From NCBI GenBank assembly GCA_976226885.1, contig OZ320315.1, forward strand, positions 88,722,001 to 88,786,000: DNA of 64,000 bases. The letters are read 5' to 3'. This document shows positions 51,401-64,000 of the stretch, piece after piece (position 1 is the stretch's first letter; the number at the start of each line of letters is the position of its first letter). The stretch comes from Iphione sp. A-MEVVRFRX5 (Eukaryota). A program made the translations under genes and the position numbers. A model generated the notes under the pieces. The model worked only from the letters and a program-made list of their open reading frames with translations, was not told the origin of the DNA and ran no database searches.

Positions 51401-54400
51401 TACTGTTTGACTATCAATACAATAAAGACCAACAGAGCCATTCCTACAGTAGTTATGAGTTGTGCTTTGTTACACGTGTTTCTTTTCAAGGTACAGTCGT
51501 TTTGTATACAGCAATTCATTCTTCCAGTGCAAAGGACAGTGCAGACATTGTCCTCAGAACAACTCTCCCTCAATTTCTAAAAAAAAATATATGGTCATCT
51601 GCTTGATTTGGGAGCAGTAGCAACAGAACTTGAAAATGTGGCGCTTGGCATTGATCTCTAATTGGAATTAGTTAACCATGTAATCTCGAATTAAGTGTCT
51701 TTTTGAAAGGGCATTTGCTTTAATTGATTATATTTTTTGCCAGCTTACAGATCATCTTTGTTACACACAAATTTGGCTTAAGACCTTGCCTAATGAGATT
51801 TTTTCAGGACTGATCGTGTTAAGAAAAAAAACAACAATGCCTATTTGAATTACCATTGACAAAAATGTTATTAAGGAAATGACTTAGAGAACCCTGACGC
51901 CCTTCAGTTCTAATATTACTTGATTGGAAGATGATTTGGGCAGCTCACGCACTGGTCCAAGCAACCTACCCATTTGAGTTTGCTGCGCCCTTAGAATTCA
52001 TACCTGCTGCAGATGTATGATAAATTGCATTCGCCTGCTAACTCACGGCAGAAATTTTAAAGCATTAATACTCCTAATCTTGGTGGCTAGGATTACACTG
52101 ATGCTTTGAAAGCATCGGCTGACAAATGGACGTGAGGGGCAAGCCTTGCATGTCTCCTGAACGACTTTTACTACTTTGACATGGCACACAAGTAGAAAAT
52201 ACAATATTCCCTTTCCTTGCCATAAACAGGACAATGTCATTTTTGTTATCTGATTGAAACGTCATTGCTCTCCCGCTATCATCTTGGGCACCAAAGGAAG
52301 TGGAGAGTAGGATAGTAGCCCTCTACACGCAGACTTCGCTCCAACAGAATTAGTTCATTAAGACAAATAGAGCTGATTAGGATTGCTCTAGTGAGAATAT
52401 CCGTTGGCTGCACAGCCGCTTCCATTACATTCATCTTAATAATCAATGGCTTGAACTACTGCACAAATGTTTCAAACGGCACGACGTCTAAATTATATTA
52501 AGGAAGAATTCTTATTAGTGAGGTGGAACCCTTCGCTATGCAATCGTATATATATATACATATACGAAGCCACCAAAGACCAGCGGTTTGCTGCACAATT
52601 CAGGGGGTCTATTTATAATCAAGCAATTTTCGAAGGTTAGTCGGTCTTCAACCGACAAGGTGGAATAGATGTATTGAAGTGCCAGAGAAGTCTCCGACAA
52701 GCGGGTTGGTGGTGGGTGGGTGGGGGGGGGAGGTTTGGCCGTCTAATCTTCGGCCGGGCCAACTGTCAGGCGAGGGGGGGGGAGGGTCAGGGCACGATGG
52801 ATGGACCCACCCGAGGAAACAGGAAGTGCAATAAAGGCGCCAATATCCTCAAGGTCAGCCATCCACGTGATCAAACGGACCGCCTCGTCATGGCTGTGTG
52901 TCGAATTGTGAAGCAGGAGACGGGTGGAAATGGGGGAAGGGGGAGGGGGCTGGGGGGTTTTGGTCGTATAACAACTGTTCAGCTTCAGTGGCTTCATGGA
53001 ATGAATTACTGTAACAGCTGCAATCCTTACAATGTAGCTCGGAATAAGTGAAATTGTGCGTTTTCCCAGGAGTCACACTAAAAACGACCGTTCGTCCTAT
53101 ACCTCTGAACCTGAAATCCACTCCCCTGGATTGCTCACCAGACAGGCCTGCATATTTCCATGAAATAATATGACGTATAATATTCGGGGAAGTGTCATGA
53201 TTTGATTCTGCTACTGTTGGTAAAAGCAAAACGCGCGTCATTACGTTTGTGGGAGTAAATTGTAGGTGCCTGTCTGGATGTCAGTGGAGTTAAGGAGTAA
53301 TAAACAACAGTAGCACGAATGACAAATTATTTCAAACAGGCCTGCAGCTAATCCATCAAGATATGGCACCGCCGGCAGGCCAAGTAATAAGTGGTTCCCT
53401 GTTAACTACACGCGTGGCATCTATCAATGGATCTGCTTATTATGAAGAGCGCGCCGATCAGCTGTCGCGCTTAGCTCCCAATATCGGAAGGAGATATATG
53501 ATGAAATCATTGATTTGAATCCTGTTCATACGCGTCCGACGTTCCTTTCAGAATACCCAATATCTGTGATCATTATCACCATTAGACTGTTACTGCGGAA
53601 GGAAAGAAAACGCTGTGGAGGTTTTTATTCCGTTAGGTTGTCCCCAAGGAATGTATGAAGGTGCGTATACCTAACACACCTGTCGGACGAGCTTGTGGAA
53701 AGGTGCCCCCCCAATCAAAGTTGGTTGGATTGCATTTTACGCATGAGTGCACAGGGACTAGCGCGTAGGAGGGTGCAGCCATTTCCAAGATGGTCACTGC
53801 TAAAGTAATCAGCCCTGTCCCGAAGACAAAAGGCGGCCGCTCAAGATGGGCTCGGCCGCAACGGAGGCCCGCCCTGAATGGACAACTAAGCTCCGGCAAG
53901 AAAGCATTGATTGCCTGAAAGTAAACCTGGTTTTTGGAGTAGTTGACATTTGATTGGGGACTCGCGGTATCGCAGGCACAGAGCCTCAGGCCTCGTGCTT
54001 ATTCATGGCCCGACACCGTGCGCAAACATGATTTAAAAGATTTGACGATTCTTAAAATCTCCTGGGGGCCGCCAGAAAGACAATCTCAGTCGGTGACCAG
54101 CTCTCCCCCGGCCCCCTGCCCCACCCTGCCTCCCTCCACCCTTGCAGGATGCTAGGTGACGCCAAAGTCGAAAAGGATCAAGGAGGTCATCAGTCCTGAG
54201 TTAGGCGCACCCGACTTGCACATCAAGTAGGTAAACTTGTGAGTCGGGAAGCCAACTTAAACTCTGATGTACTGCAAGAAGAAAAATCTGTTTGCAAAGC
54301 AACTCGCTTTTTTTAAAGTTTTGATGGCCGTTGAATTCAGTTTTCAAGGAACTGTCATTAGGTTAGCCTGAATGGGTAGAGTGTGGTTGTTATGGCATTG

Positions 54401-57287
54401 TTCACTGGTTCCAGCCGCAGGCGGCTCCAGGCTAATGACCTACTCCGTCATTTTCTAGCCGGCGAAGGTCTTATAGAAAGGTTACAACTTGGTAACGACG
54501 GCGTCGATGATCCTGAGAGGCTGCTTAGCGGACCAGGTGTTAAATATACGGACAGTGTGTATGAAAAACGTTAAAAATTCAGCGCGGAAAAGGTGCCGTG
54601 GTTGTGCCGTCTTAGCCCTGCGGACCACGGTGACCTGAATCCTTCAAGGTGGGTGCCATCAATGAACATCTAGTCTGCAAAACCCCTGGGGGATTCGAGG
54701 GGCGCAAGCCACAAAGTAATCCTTGCTATCTGCTCTGGCCTGCCCAACATCTGCCATTAGTCAAACACGTTGGGCGAACGTTTTAACATGCCGTCTGCCA
54801 CTCGCCAAGGAAGGCCGCTGCTGCGTCAGCATGCTGTTACTCTGTAAATAATTTATTATGAACCGGTTTGATGGACATGTACTGGTGAATTAAGCATTAC
54901 AAAGGTAGACCTAGACGTTGTACGCTCACGCTTGAATAGCACACCTGTCCCTTACATCAAATAGCGAGATGGGCCCCTTCAGACAATCTGGATATATCAA
55001 TCTCCAGTTTATTTCCTCGTTCCTTTAACGGAATACAGCGAGACTTGTCTTGGCGATCAAGTTTTTATTACTTTGCCGATAAGAGAGAGGAAACGTTCTT
55101 CCAATTGAATCTGAGTGCTGTCAACAAAACTAATTATACCTATTTGATACACCATCTTAATGCTTTTAATAATAATATACAGTTTTCAGATTGCCGCAAG
55201 ACTGTCTTACTTTCCACAGTGATTTCATGCGGTTTTTTTTGTACTAGACATCCCAGGGCAACTTCTTATGACCAGAAAGTACTGATAATACGTGGATAGA
55301 CAAGGATGGCTTTTCCTTTAACACTGCCTGACAATCAGTGAACAAGACATGCTGTATGAACCCAGTTTATTTATTACTATTTCGAGAGATCAAAGCGTCG
55401 ATGCAAGTGTTTATGAATTCAGACACTTATTTGAAGTGAACAAGTCGGTGCAGTGACCCTGACAGATAAGCCAATATGTATGAAGGCTAAAACATTATTC
55501 GCAGGGAAGTGAACGTTTCATCGAACGGCAAGAACGTCGGCCGGTTGGCGGCGCCCCTGGGTTTATGTGAGAGGCTTCAGTGGAAGATTAGAAATAAAGA
55601 CCTGCGACCGCGAGCATGAAGGTCTTAAAGCTGCCGGGTTTATATACGCTCTTCAACAGGGCGCGTGCTTCTGAGCACTGCTGGCCACATGTGGGCCATC
55701 AAGCGGACAGTGATTAATCTGAATTAGCCGTCCAGTTGCATGCCTCTCCTTCAAGTCTCTCCCAAGTCTGCCATCATGACTGCGCCGCTCCAGCATCAGT
55801 TACCTTCAGTTATTACACAGGTCGGCACGTCTAAAACCCATACTCATATTGGCTTCCCCCCCCCACCGAAAAAAAACAAACAGAAGTTTGCCGCCAAGTT
55901 AAGCACCTACTCCACATTTTTTTGTTACCCTCCGATCAATTCCCTTGCAACGGTCAAGACGACGGGCCCCTTCTGACCCTAAGCAGTCTTTCTGTACTGA
56001 TAACCATTCTGCGCCTGTGCGTGTCATAATAACAGAGCCCTTAGCAAGCCATTAAGGGTCGCATGCTTTTAAAGCAGCCCGCAAGACTAAAGAAGCTGCT
56101 TGCCGTGAGATTTGGGCATTTGTTCCAATTATCTGGACCGGGGCAGTTTTGCAATGAAATATTATTTGCCGGTGGGTAAAAAAAAGTACTTTCAGTATTA
56201 AGGAGAGGTTAGCAGTCGATGCATACTGATCTGTCCCACGCCCACTGGACAAGGCAAGAGAACACTGGGCGGCGGCAGACTGCGAGCCCCGCGGTCTCTT
56301 AGCCCTGACCGCCGACTCCCTATCATTCACCCGACAATGTGTCGATCAGCCTGGCAGTTGCGCTGGCATGTTCCTCCCGGGACCTGTCCGTGTCAGTAGA
56401 ACAAATGGGAGAGGCGGGCGCCTCAAAGGCCGACATAACATCAAAGCAGCGCCCCCCACCCCACCCACCATCCGCCATCCCCCTACCCATACCACCCTTC
56501 CTCCCTGGCTCTAGGCAGCCGCCGCCCCCCCTCTCCTTATCCTGATCCGACGCGACCCGTTCCAGCCTATCCCCCCCACCACCCCACCCCCTCCAAGCAA
56601 AATAAGCATGTCATTGTTCTCGCGCGCACCGCTAGGGGAATCGCGCCTGAATTGCATTGGAAAGACAACAGACGAGCGGGCATCACCCCGGGAAGCTTTG
56701 ATGGCATTTTCAATAGTCTTAATTCGCCTGACAAGAAAGGAGATGATTGACTTTTTTTAACTTTATTCATTTTGTACCCCTACACGTTCCCTTCCCCCAA
56801 CTAAATGGTTTCCAATTTTTTTACCTCTCATTTGGAATATCTCACTTCGTTTAGTTTTGATAATCAAAGTGAATAAGTTCAATTCCGTCCTTCGCCCTTT
56901 AGTACCAAATTTTTTTCACTTGACAGGAACGTAGGTTCGTTGACTTTTTGCGCTTTAAAATAACGTTTCCCAAAGTATACCACTTAATATTCTTATCAGT
57001 CAAAACTACAAAATATAAACATTTAAATCATGTGAACTGTTTAGCGAGCCATGGATAATATTTCTTTTCTAAACAAAGTAAAAAGTACATGTATATTTCT
57101 GCGCAAGCATTCGTTGTAAGGGACATGTATGAAGAATTCTTAACATTCTCATATATGGTGTTATCCTGTATTGTCTGTCATGATGTACTGTTTATCTCCC
57201 ATCCCTACCTTAATCCTCACATAGTAGGCATATGCTGAGACCTTTTTGCAATTCCCAAGCTCACATCTATAGCTTGTGTGCTTCTAG
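45437..57287 (+). other. NRXN: Neurexin intron, 11,851 bp, phase 1 (LNS5-EGF3 hinge)
   Basis: GTAAGT...GTGCTTCTAG. The junction reads EGCE-G-PTSKC, matching neurexin RGCEGPSTTC. Confidence 0.88.
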
Positions 57288-57407
57288 GTCCTACAAGTAA
57301 GTGCGCTCCGACATCCTGCCACAATGGAGGGGCCTGCGTACAAGAGTGGAACTCATACACCTGCGACTGCGACTTGACGTCATTTACCGGTTCAACCTGC
57401 CAGGAGG
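57288..57407 (+). CDS. NRXN: Alpha-neurexin coding exon (120 bp): EGF-like domain 3 (GPTSKCAPTSCHNGGACVQEWNSYTCDCDLTSFTGSTCQE)
   Basis: Six-cysteine EGF pattern with the neurexin-type QxW and CDCxxTSFxG motifs. AG 57286-57287; donor GAGG|GTACGT at 57408; symmetric phase 1. Confidence 0.95.
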
Positions 57408-58126
57408 GTACGTTCCCGAACGTTTTGATTTTTCTTTCAAATCTCTGTCTTCCGCTTTCTGGAAATCCACACGGTAACATAGCGGTAGTGTCAGTGGACA
57501 TGCTTTGCTTAGCGAACAGAAAAATGATTTGCATTCCAAAAATGGAGACAGTTCGTCTTTGTTTTTAACCGTTTCCAATTTGGAGTCATCTTCAACATGC
57601 TTCATCTCCATCTCCGTGTAATCATGACTGAAACACAAGATGGATTCTTTTTCCGACAATGGCCTTTCCTACGGAAGGGACATCCAGGGTCCTCGAGGTG
57701 CCAATAGAAGAGGGCACCTGACATCCACAGGCAGGCCCCGTTGTGTAACACTTCAGGCCCCAACCAATCATTATTCTGACGCAATTGGGAATGAAGCCAA
57801 CGAATGTGACGTTGGCTTCGTGTTTGGCTTCAGGTGCCGACCTCCAGACTATAACAGCAATTAATGAACCGTTCTGGACCATACGTGCAGTCCATACTCA
57901 TAATTAGCAATTTATACGCTCATATACATTTCCCAATAGGTATAACGGTTGCGGCGATCTAATCTGAGGAGTAAGAACGAGGCGAAATGCGATATTCACG
58001 AACCCTTGTGATCTTTTCACCATACAGAGTCTGCATTGGTGAACAAACGGGATGTGATCAAAAGCTACTGGGGGCCCATCTCAGGCTCAGGTCTGACCAG
58101 ACGTGTAGCAGAAGTAATATATACTT

Positions 58127-58164
58127 TGTCTGTCTGTCTGTCTGTCACTATCTGTCTCTGTCTT

Positions 58165-58218
<54 letters not shown>
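58127..58218. repeat. Compound (TCTG)n-(TC)19 microsatellite
   Basis: TCTG units 58127-58180, perfect TC 58181-58218, immediately followed by AG. Confidence 0.92.
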
Positions 58219-58221
<3 letters not shown>

Positions 58222-61200
58222 TCCGTTCATTAGGGTTCACACCGGCAATCAGGTATGTCTTCAAGGTTCCCCTCTGCAAATACGAACGGAGGGAGAGACG
58301 GACCTCATGAAAAAATGTTGCATGGCGACCGCGCAGATTCTGGAATAAACGTCTTGAACTTTTTTTTAGTGGGCATGAATAGGTATATATTGGCTCTTGG
58401 TAAGATGTTGCCAAGGACATTTTACACGCCTCCCCCACCAGTGGAGCGACCATCGACACTACTTATATATCCCAATGTGCGCAACACGTCCTCCCACGCA
58501 TTTTTTTCCATTCTTATCGACAAATGACGATTGCAGTAGGCGGGGGCCGCGTGCTCTGGCGACCGGCCAGCGCGTTGGTCGTTTTCTGGCGTCCTTCAAC
58601 TCCCCCTGGCGTCACTTATCTGCAACCGAGGGGCTTTGATCACACAAGGCCATTGCGGCCTCCTTAATCCGCAGAACTGGAGGCAGTAACGGCCGCAACA
58701 ATTGTACCGGAACACAGATGACTGGAACCACAGATCAGGGTCTGGAGAAAAGCATATGATTGGCTGGCGCCGTGGGTTGAAATGCGGCCGCACTCCTCAG
58801 GATCTCACTGCATTTTATTTTCTTTTGAACGAAGCGAACCGTTGACATCGATAGGGCTTTCATTTTCTGGTTCATTGTGTAAAAAAGGCTTGAGTGCAGT
58901 AGATAGGAGCTACTTTTTTTACAATAACTACGAGATGGTTGTAAAGGATGTGGTACTGTAGCAGGTGCCTTAAGAGGTCGAAATGAAGATATTAAACCTA
59001 GGACCTCAGTACCTTATCAGCTCATCGGTTTTCCGCTGCAGTTAGTGCTTTGAAAAATACATTTTCTAATTGTCCCTTGTGTATGTATAAAGGAGTTGCT
59101 GCTAGAACACGACACGCTATCCTTCCATCAAGGAATTATGTATGAGTATCTGTGCATGTATGAACTGCAAGTTAATCTGCTGCATTATTACCAGTCCACA
59201 CATCTCCGAATTTCAGAAGAATCGTGCGTATTACATTCAGGCGAGATTCCTATACATGCAAGACAATCGGGGAAATCAAATTCGTACCGTCAACTCCATA
59301 TCTGATGAAACTTTAATGACAACGCGAGTAAAAATCACTGTGGTTTGTAATATGAGCGTAATTGCCTTTCACTAAGCTCGAACAAGTCATGTTTTAAGCA
59401 ATGAGCACGATTTCAGAGCGTTCTAATTACTGATTCGACGTCGGGATCGATTGCAGTGCAGATCATGATACATGTACTTGCTGAAAATAGACATGCTCTG
59501 CGTCAGAAGTCGCCGGGGGAATTTTTCCAAGGCGATCATGTCGAATTTCGTTATAAAACAATTGCCTAATTTCCTGCTGGATTGACTACGCTCCCTAGTC
59601 TCGCTGTGAAATTATTTAGCCTTCACTGAGTTCTCCGTTACCTTAATGTATCTTTTTAAGAGCCTTACGGATTCGCAACTCAGGATATTGTAACGCTACT
59701 AGCGTAAAACCACGGGGTCGTCGCTTCACTTGGAAGTTGCGCCACGTCTACCGCTGAGTGCCAAAGGTTGACGACCACGCCGGCAGCGGCTGCAGACAAC
59801 ACAGGGAAGCTATTGAGCCCTCACGTCTCTCGTTCTAATTAAATCTCCAGCTAGTTTTACATGTGGACCTTCGTGGCGATGAACGGCCTTGCGCACTGGG
59901 GGGGGGTTATTTTGGTGGCGGGCGACTTGGATCTCTCGCTTTGAGGACGGATCGGATCACATCCATAGACGATGACGTCTCCGGTGTCATAACCCTACTG
60001 AGATTGACCATGGTTCTCCACTGACAGCAGCATCGGCAGCAGAGCAGTTCTTTTGACTGCTAGCTATAGCCTTTGCCCACCAGCCCGAAAGGGGGAACAA
60101 ATACTCACCGTTGCAGCCTGTGATTATAAGCGGTTCAGCAGTTAAAGGATCATATTTGCTTTACCTTGTTTTATTCAAATATCTTTTTTTAAACAGTTTC
60201 ACATTCTGTGTACATTCTTGTTGACACGACTGCCAACATCACTTCGAAATTAGTTTTCATTATTGAAACGTCTTCTCCGAGCATCGTTTCTATTTTGACA
60301 GGTTTCTTTCCATAATGAAACCACTTCAAAGAACGGCCGAAACCGATTTTGGTTCACAAATTGCTATGGTTCAAAAACGTATGGATTGAAAGCAGCCAGT
60401 CCATTAAACCACGAGCGGACAAAGCGCTGGTTGAGCTGCTCATGCTGCTCGAGCTGTCGGAGCCTGCCCTACTGAAGACGAGGCAGAGAATGTGGCTATT
60501 GGACGAAGGGAAACGCTACTATTGTATGGAGCCTCAAAAAACACAAACCTTTGATTCGATCATTGGGTGTGGACAAAACATGCAGTTAGAGTCCGAAGGC
60601 TGTGCTACCGATTTCTTGATTCAGCAGCAAGTTGGAGAAGAGCTACACAGTCGCTGAAAGAATGGATGTGAAATCCTTCTCCTCCAAAAATGCAAAAACG
60701 TTTATTTTCATGTAATGCTTAATTTAAAAGAGGAATTTAATTTTCGCTGACAATGTGGTTCTATCAAAATACATGTACTGAACTCGACATCAGATTCAAC
60801 TCCGGCTATAAAATTAACGTCTCCATCAGATCGTAGTCAAGAAGTAAATGAAAGATTGTGTAATTATTTCGTTATCCTTCATAACACCGAGATGCAATAA
60901 TCATCTGCGTTTTGCGAGTGCTTATTTTTTAATGATTGGATAGAAAAGATACTAACAACGATAAAAAACTGCCTTACTTCCTATTAAGGTCTCCCCGAGG
61001 AGGGCGGACGGTGTCCTGTTTCACAGAAGACCATAACAGGTCCTAATGCAGTGGCAAAAAAACAACGACAGTAGTCCCTTCGCGCAGCATGAACACCGCC
61101 CGTCCAAACCAGTCGCACTGATTATATGACTGTTAATTTTACATTCTCTTTGTGGCTTGTTTACCACAAGTACCACCTCCCACGAGCGCACAGACAGACG

Positions 61201-62147
61201 AGGCCCAAGGTTCTTCGGAGCCTTCAAAAAAGAGAGCAGTGGAGGGGGGGGGGGCAGGAAAGCAGATCTATCCTTACATTGTTATTCTAAGCCGCGAATC
61301 GAATTCCAGATAAGGATTTTTTTTATCCCACCCGGGCTTTCATTCCTTCGTCTATCCGTTTTGCGTGCGCGCGCGCCCCCGTGTCTAGTTAATCACTGTC
61401 CGCCTTATAAAGGCCGGGTTTTATGGCAGCTGGCCCAGGTTGGCGACGCTCGAAGCAGAAGGCCGAACGTCTGCAGTAGTGTCACGCAGCGATAGTACCC
61501 TGTCACTTGGCCCGCTGATTTAGTATGTTTGTTTTTTTTTTCAATGCCAATATTTTTGGCTACGTTTCTGTTTTGTTCGCCATTTTTTAATGTTTTTTTT
61601 TTCAAAAAACTCATATCGGACGGGTACATGTTTTCTAACTGCCGGCATGGTAGCCCCCGCTTGACAGGCTCGATGTTATCATACTCAATTTGCTGGAATA
61701 AACTGGAAGTTTAATCTCATTTGCACACTGGCGAGGGGAGAGAAAGGCGACGGGGTGAAGCGATGGATTGATTTCCAGTATGTTTGCAAGCGGTGGGCTG
61801 TCTTGCCTCGGCGACGTCGTGGCTGTTTTAATGGAGAGTTAATGTCAGCTGTACCGTTTAGGGAGAAAGCCAGCAAGCAAGCGCTTGAAGCCTTGGCTCG
61901 TTGGAGGTTGGGGGGTGGCAAAACCTTCACGCGGTCTACTACCACCCTCCCATTTTACGTTTAGCACTGGGCTCAGCAGCCCATCCATCATGCTAATTTA
62001 GCATGTCATCTTGGGTGAGGCGGACGGCAAGTAACGCTATGCGTCGAGCAAATATTGCATTAAACGAACCGACTTTCGCAGCGGAGTGCAACTCTCTGGA
62101 GAGAAATCCCCTCATTTATCGAGGCATTTAAGTCACGAGAGGCAATG

Positions 62148-62171
62148 TATATATATATATATATATATATA
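62148..62171. repeat. (TA)12 microsatellite
   Basis: Direct reading. Confidence 0.9.
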
Positions 62172-62723
62172 AATAATACAGATAGTTCTTCAACTGATCA
62201 CTGCAGTGGTAGGACTATGACCGATATGGAAGTAGAGTCTTGGGGAATACGGAGGGAGGGGACTACCATGGAAGATACCGGGTGGGGTTGGGGGTGGGGG
62301 TTGCACTGCTTGAGTCTTCTCCTCCTCGCTGTGGCATTCATTACTATCCGCCCTGGGGGATCTGATTCAGATAGGACCGCCGCGTGCTTCCTCCAATCAA
62401 TGGACTCATTAACATAAAACATGGGCATTAAATCGATGGGGGGATCAATAGCTGACCCCGCCCGTTACATGGCCGTCCCCGGCGGCTCGACTCTCAGTCC
62501 GTATTTCGCGCGTCGACAGCCGCTCGGCGCCGCTCAATCTTGTTGCGATTTATTGCCAGCGGGATCATTAAGCAATAAGGTCTTTAACCACGTAGCGTAG
62601 AAAGTCGTCGATGGAAAACTGCATTTTTATGGCGAATTTGACATTTAGTCAAGTGGAATGATTCACCTGATGGCGTCATTTAGAAGAACACCACCCCCAC
62701 CCCCGTATCTCCTCTCCTCCTAT

Positions 62724-62759
62724 TGCTCCTCCTGCTCCTCCTGCTCCTCCTGCTCCTCC
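62724..62759. repeat. (TGCTCCTCC)4 9-mer tandem repeat
   Basis: Four exact copies within a CT-rich tract. Confidence 0.85.
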
Positions 62760-64000
62760 TCCTCCTTCTCCGCCTCCTCCTCAGACAGGAGTCCCAGGAC
62801 TCTCCATCCTGATGGAAGACGGTTTGGGGGGGAACGTTCTTCCCCCACGTCCACACTTATAACCTTGCCCAGTCTAACCACTTATTCAGTTACTGCTTCA
62901 TTTACTCTATCACGGGAACTATTCCTCTCACATTGAGCGCTCTTGTCTCTGAAAACTCAATTACACGGGCGTGAGGACTAGGGGAACAGTGCATTACCGG
63001 GCGGGCCACCTGTGCGCAGGACGGGATCCAACTCGTCCACTTTCTACAATGGGATTTGCATCAAATGCTTAAAGTGACATTGTGCAATTTGGATAAATGC
63101 TATTACAGACGTACACCTGACCTGCCTTGTCACTGGCAAGCTGATCGCACCGTTAAAGGCTGAAATCATGCTGAAAGCTTGCGTAGAAGTGAAAGAAATA
63201 ACAGACAAGGAACCGTGACAATTAAAAAAAAACAAGGTAAACCTAATCAGTGGAGAGGTGTAGCCTGAGCTTAAGAGGAAACCTATATATGAATGCCTGC
63301 GCATAAAAACAGTCATCATAAAAATCAAGGTGACACTTAATAGCCTCAGTGATTATAGGCAGCATGAATATAAACAGCGACGTGCCCCATAAACCCTATC
63401 TTTCAGCTATTTCGTTGAAAAAGGTACGGCGATATGATTAGATACTAATCCAGAGGCATCTTTCCTCTGATTACGCTCTGTGTTATTAATTTATCCCGCT
63501 CGCACGTCCCTGGCCGCCGCGCCTGATTAAGCAGTAAACCAATCTTGATTCGCTCTAAGCGACAGAAAACAACTACATCGTTTACGTGTTAATGAGTTAA
63601 TTTAGCATAGATGAGGCAATTAGCGTTTGCTGCGAGACGCCGCCTCCAGGTGTCGCTCCGTGTCCCGGCAATGGCGGCTGTCCATCCTCCCGGTTCTAGG
63701 GTGTTGTCTTTGCTCATTTGAGATGGCACTCCTATTTGTTTTTTTAAGCATCCGTATAATATGCGATCCTCTAGAGGTATATCGCTCTCGGATTGTCAGA
63801 AAGTTTCATGTTGACATATGATGAATGGGCTAGGGGCAGTTTTCCCATTAGGTATACGGCATATTGTTGCCAAGCCAAGATAACTGTCAAAGAGACTTAG
63901 AAAACCTTTCAATTTTCTCTAATGTAAATCTTATCTAATATGAACTTTTACACTGTTGTAATCTATGTAGATCAAGCTGTTATTCGGTGACTACCATGCG

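Larger units (their letters stand above)
57408..64000 (+). other. NRXN: Neurexin intron between EGF3 and LNS6, open at the window end
   Basis: Donor at 57408. No LNS6-like peptide was recognised before 64000. Confidence 0.7.

Noticed and set aside
57408-57568. Read-through ORF after the EGF3 donor (53 extra codons)
   Set aside because: No evidence of intron retention or a polyA site; ordinary chance extension.
461-63821. Remaining short ORFs in the track, including poly-SL/RE/YI/CV ones
   Set aside because: They are translations of microsatellites or GC-rich intronic DNA, or antisense/alternative frames of the neurexin exons.

Overview
This is animal (eukaryotic) genomic DNA, probably from a non-vertebrate bilaterian; the species cannot be determined from the window. 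It lies inside one large + strand gene, an alpha-neurexin (NRXN/Nrx-1 family). Three coding exons are supported by peptide similarity, canonical splice sites and matching intron phases: 15201-15309 (part of LNS4), 44672-45436 (end of LNS4 plus all of LNS5) and 57288-57407 (EGF3). Introns of 29,362 and 11,851 bp separate them, and the gene continues beyond both window edges. The rest is intronic, with microsatellites, G/C-rich promoter-like islands, a near-perfect RFX X-box and at least 14 copies of TACATGTA. The best leads concern isoform diversity: an in-frame, Kozak-flanked signal-peptide-like 5' extension of the LNS4 exon (a possible internal-promoter short neurexin), a pair of frame-preserving candidate micro-exons around a 103-nt mini-intron at 31.4 kb, and a 21-nt candidate cassette at the position of vertebrate splice site 6. 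All of these leads are unverified predictions from reading the sequence by eye. I found no RNA genes, CRISPR arrays or identifiable intact transposons, and nearly all other ORFs in the track look spurious.
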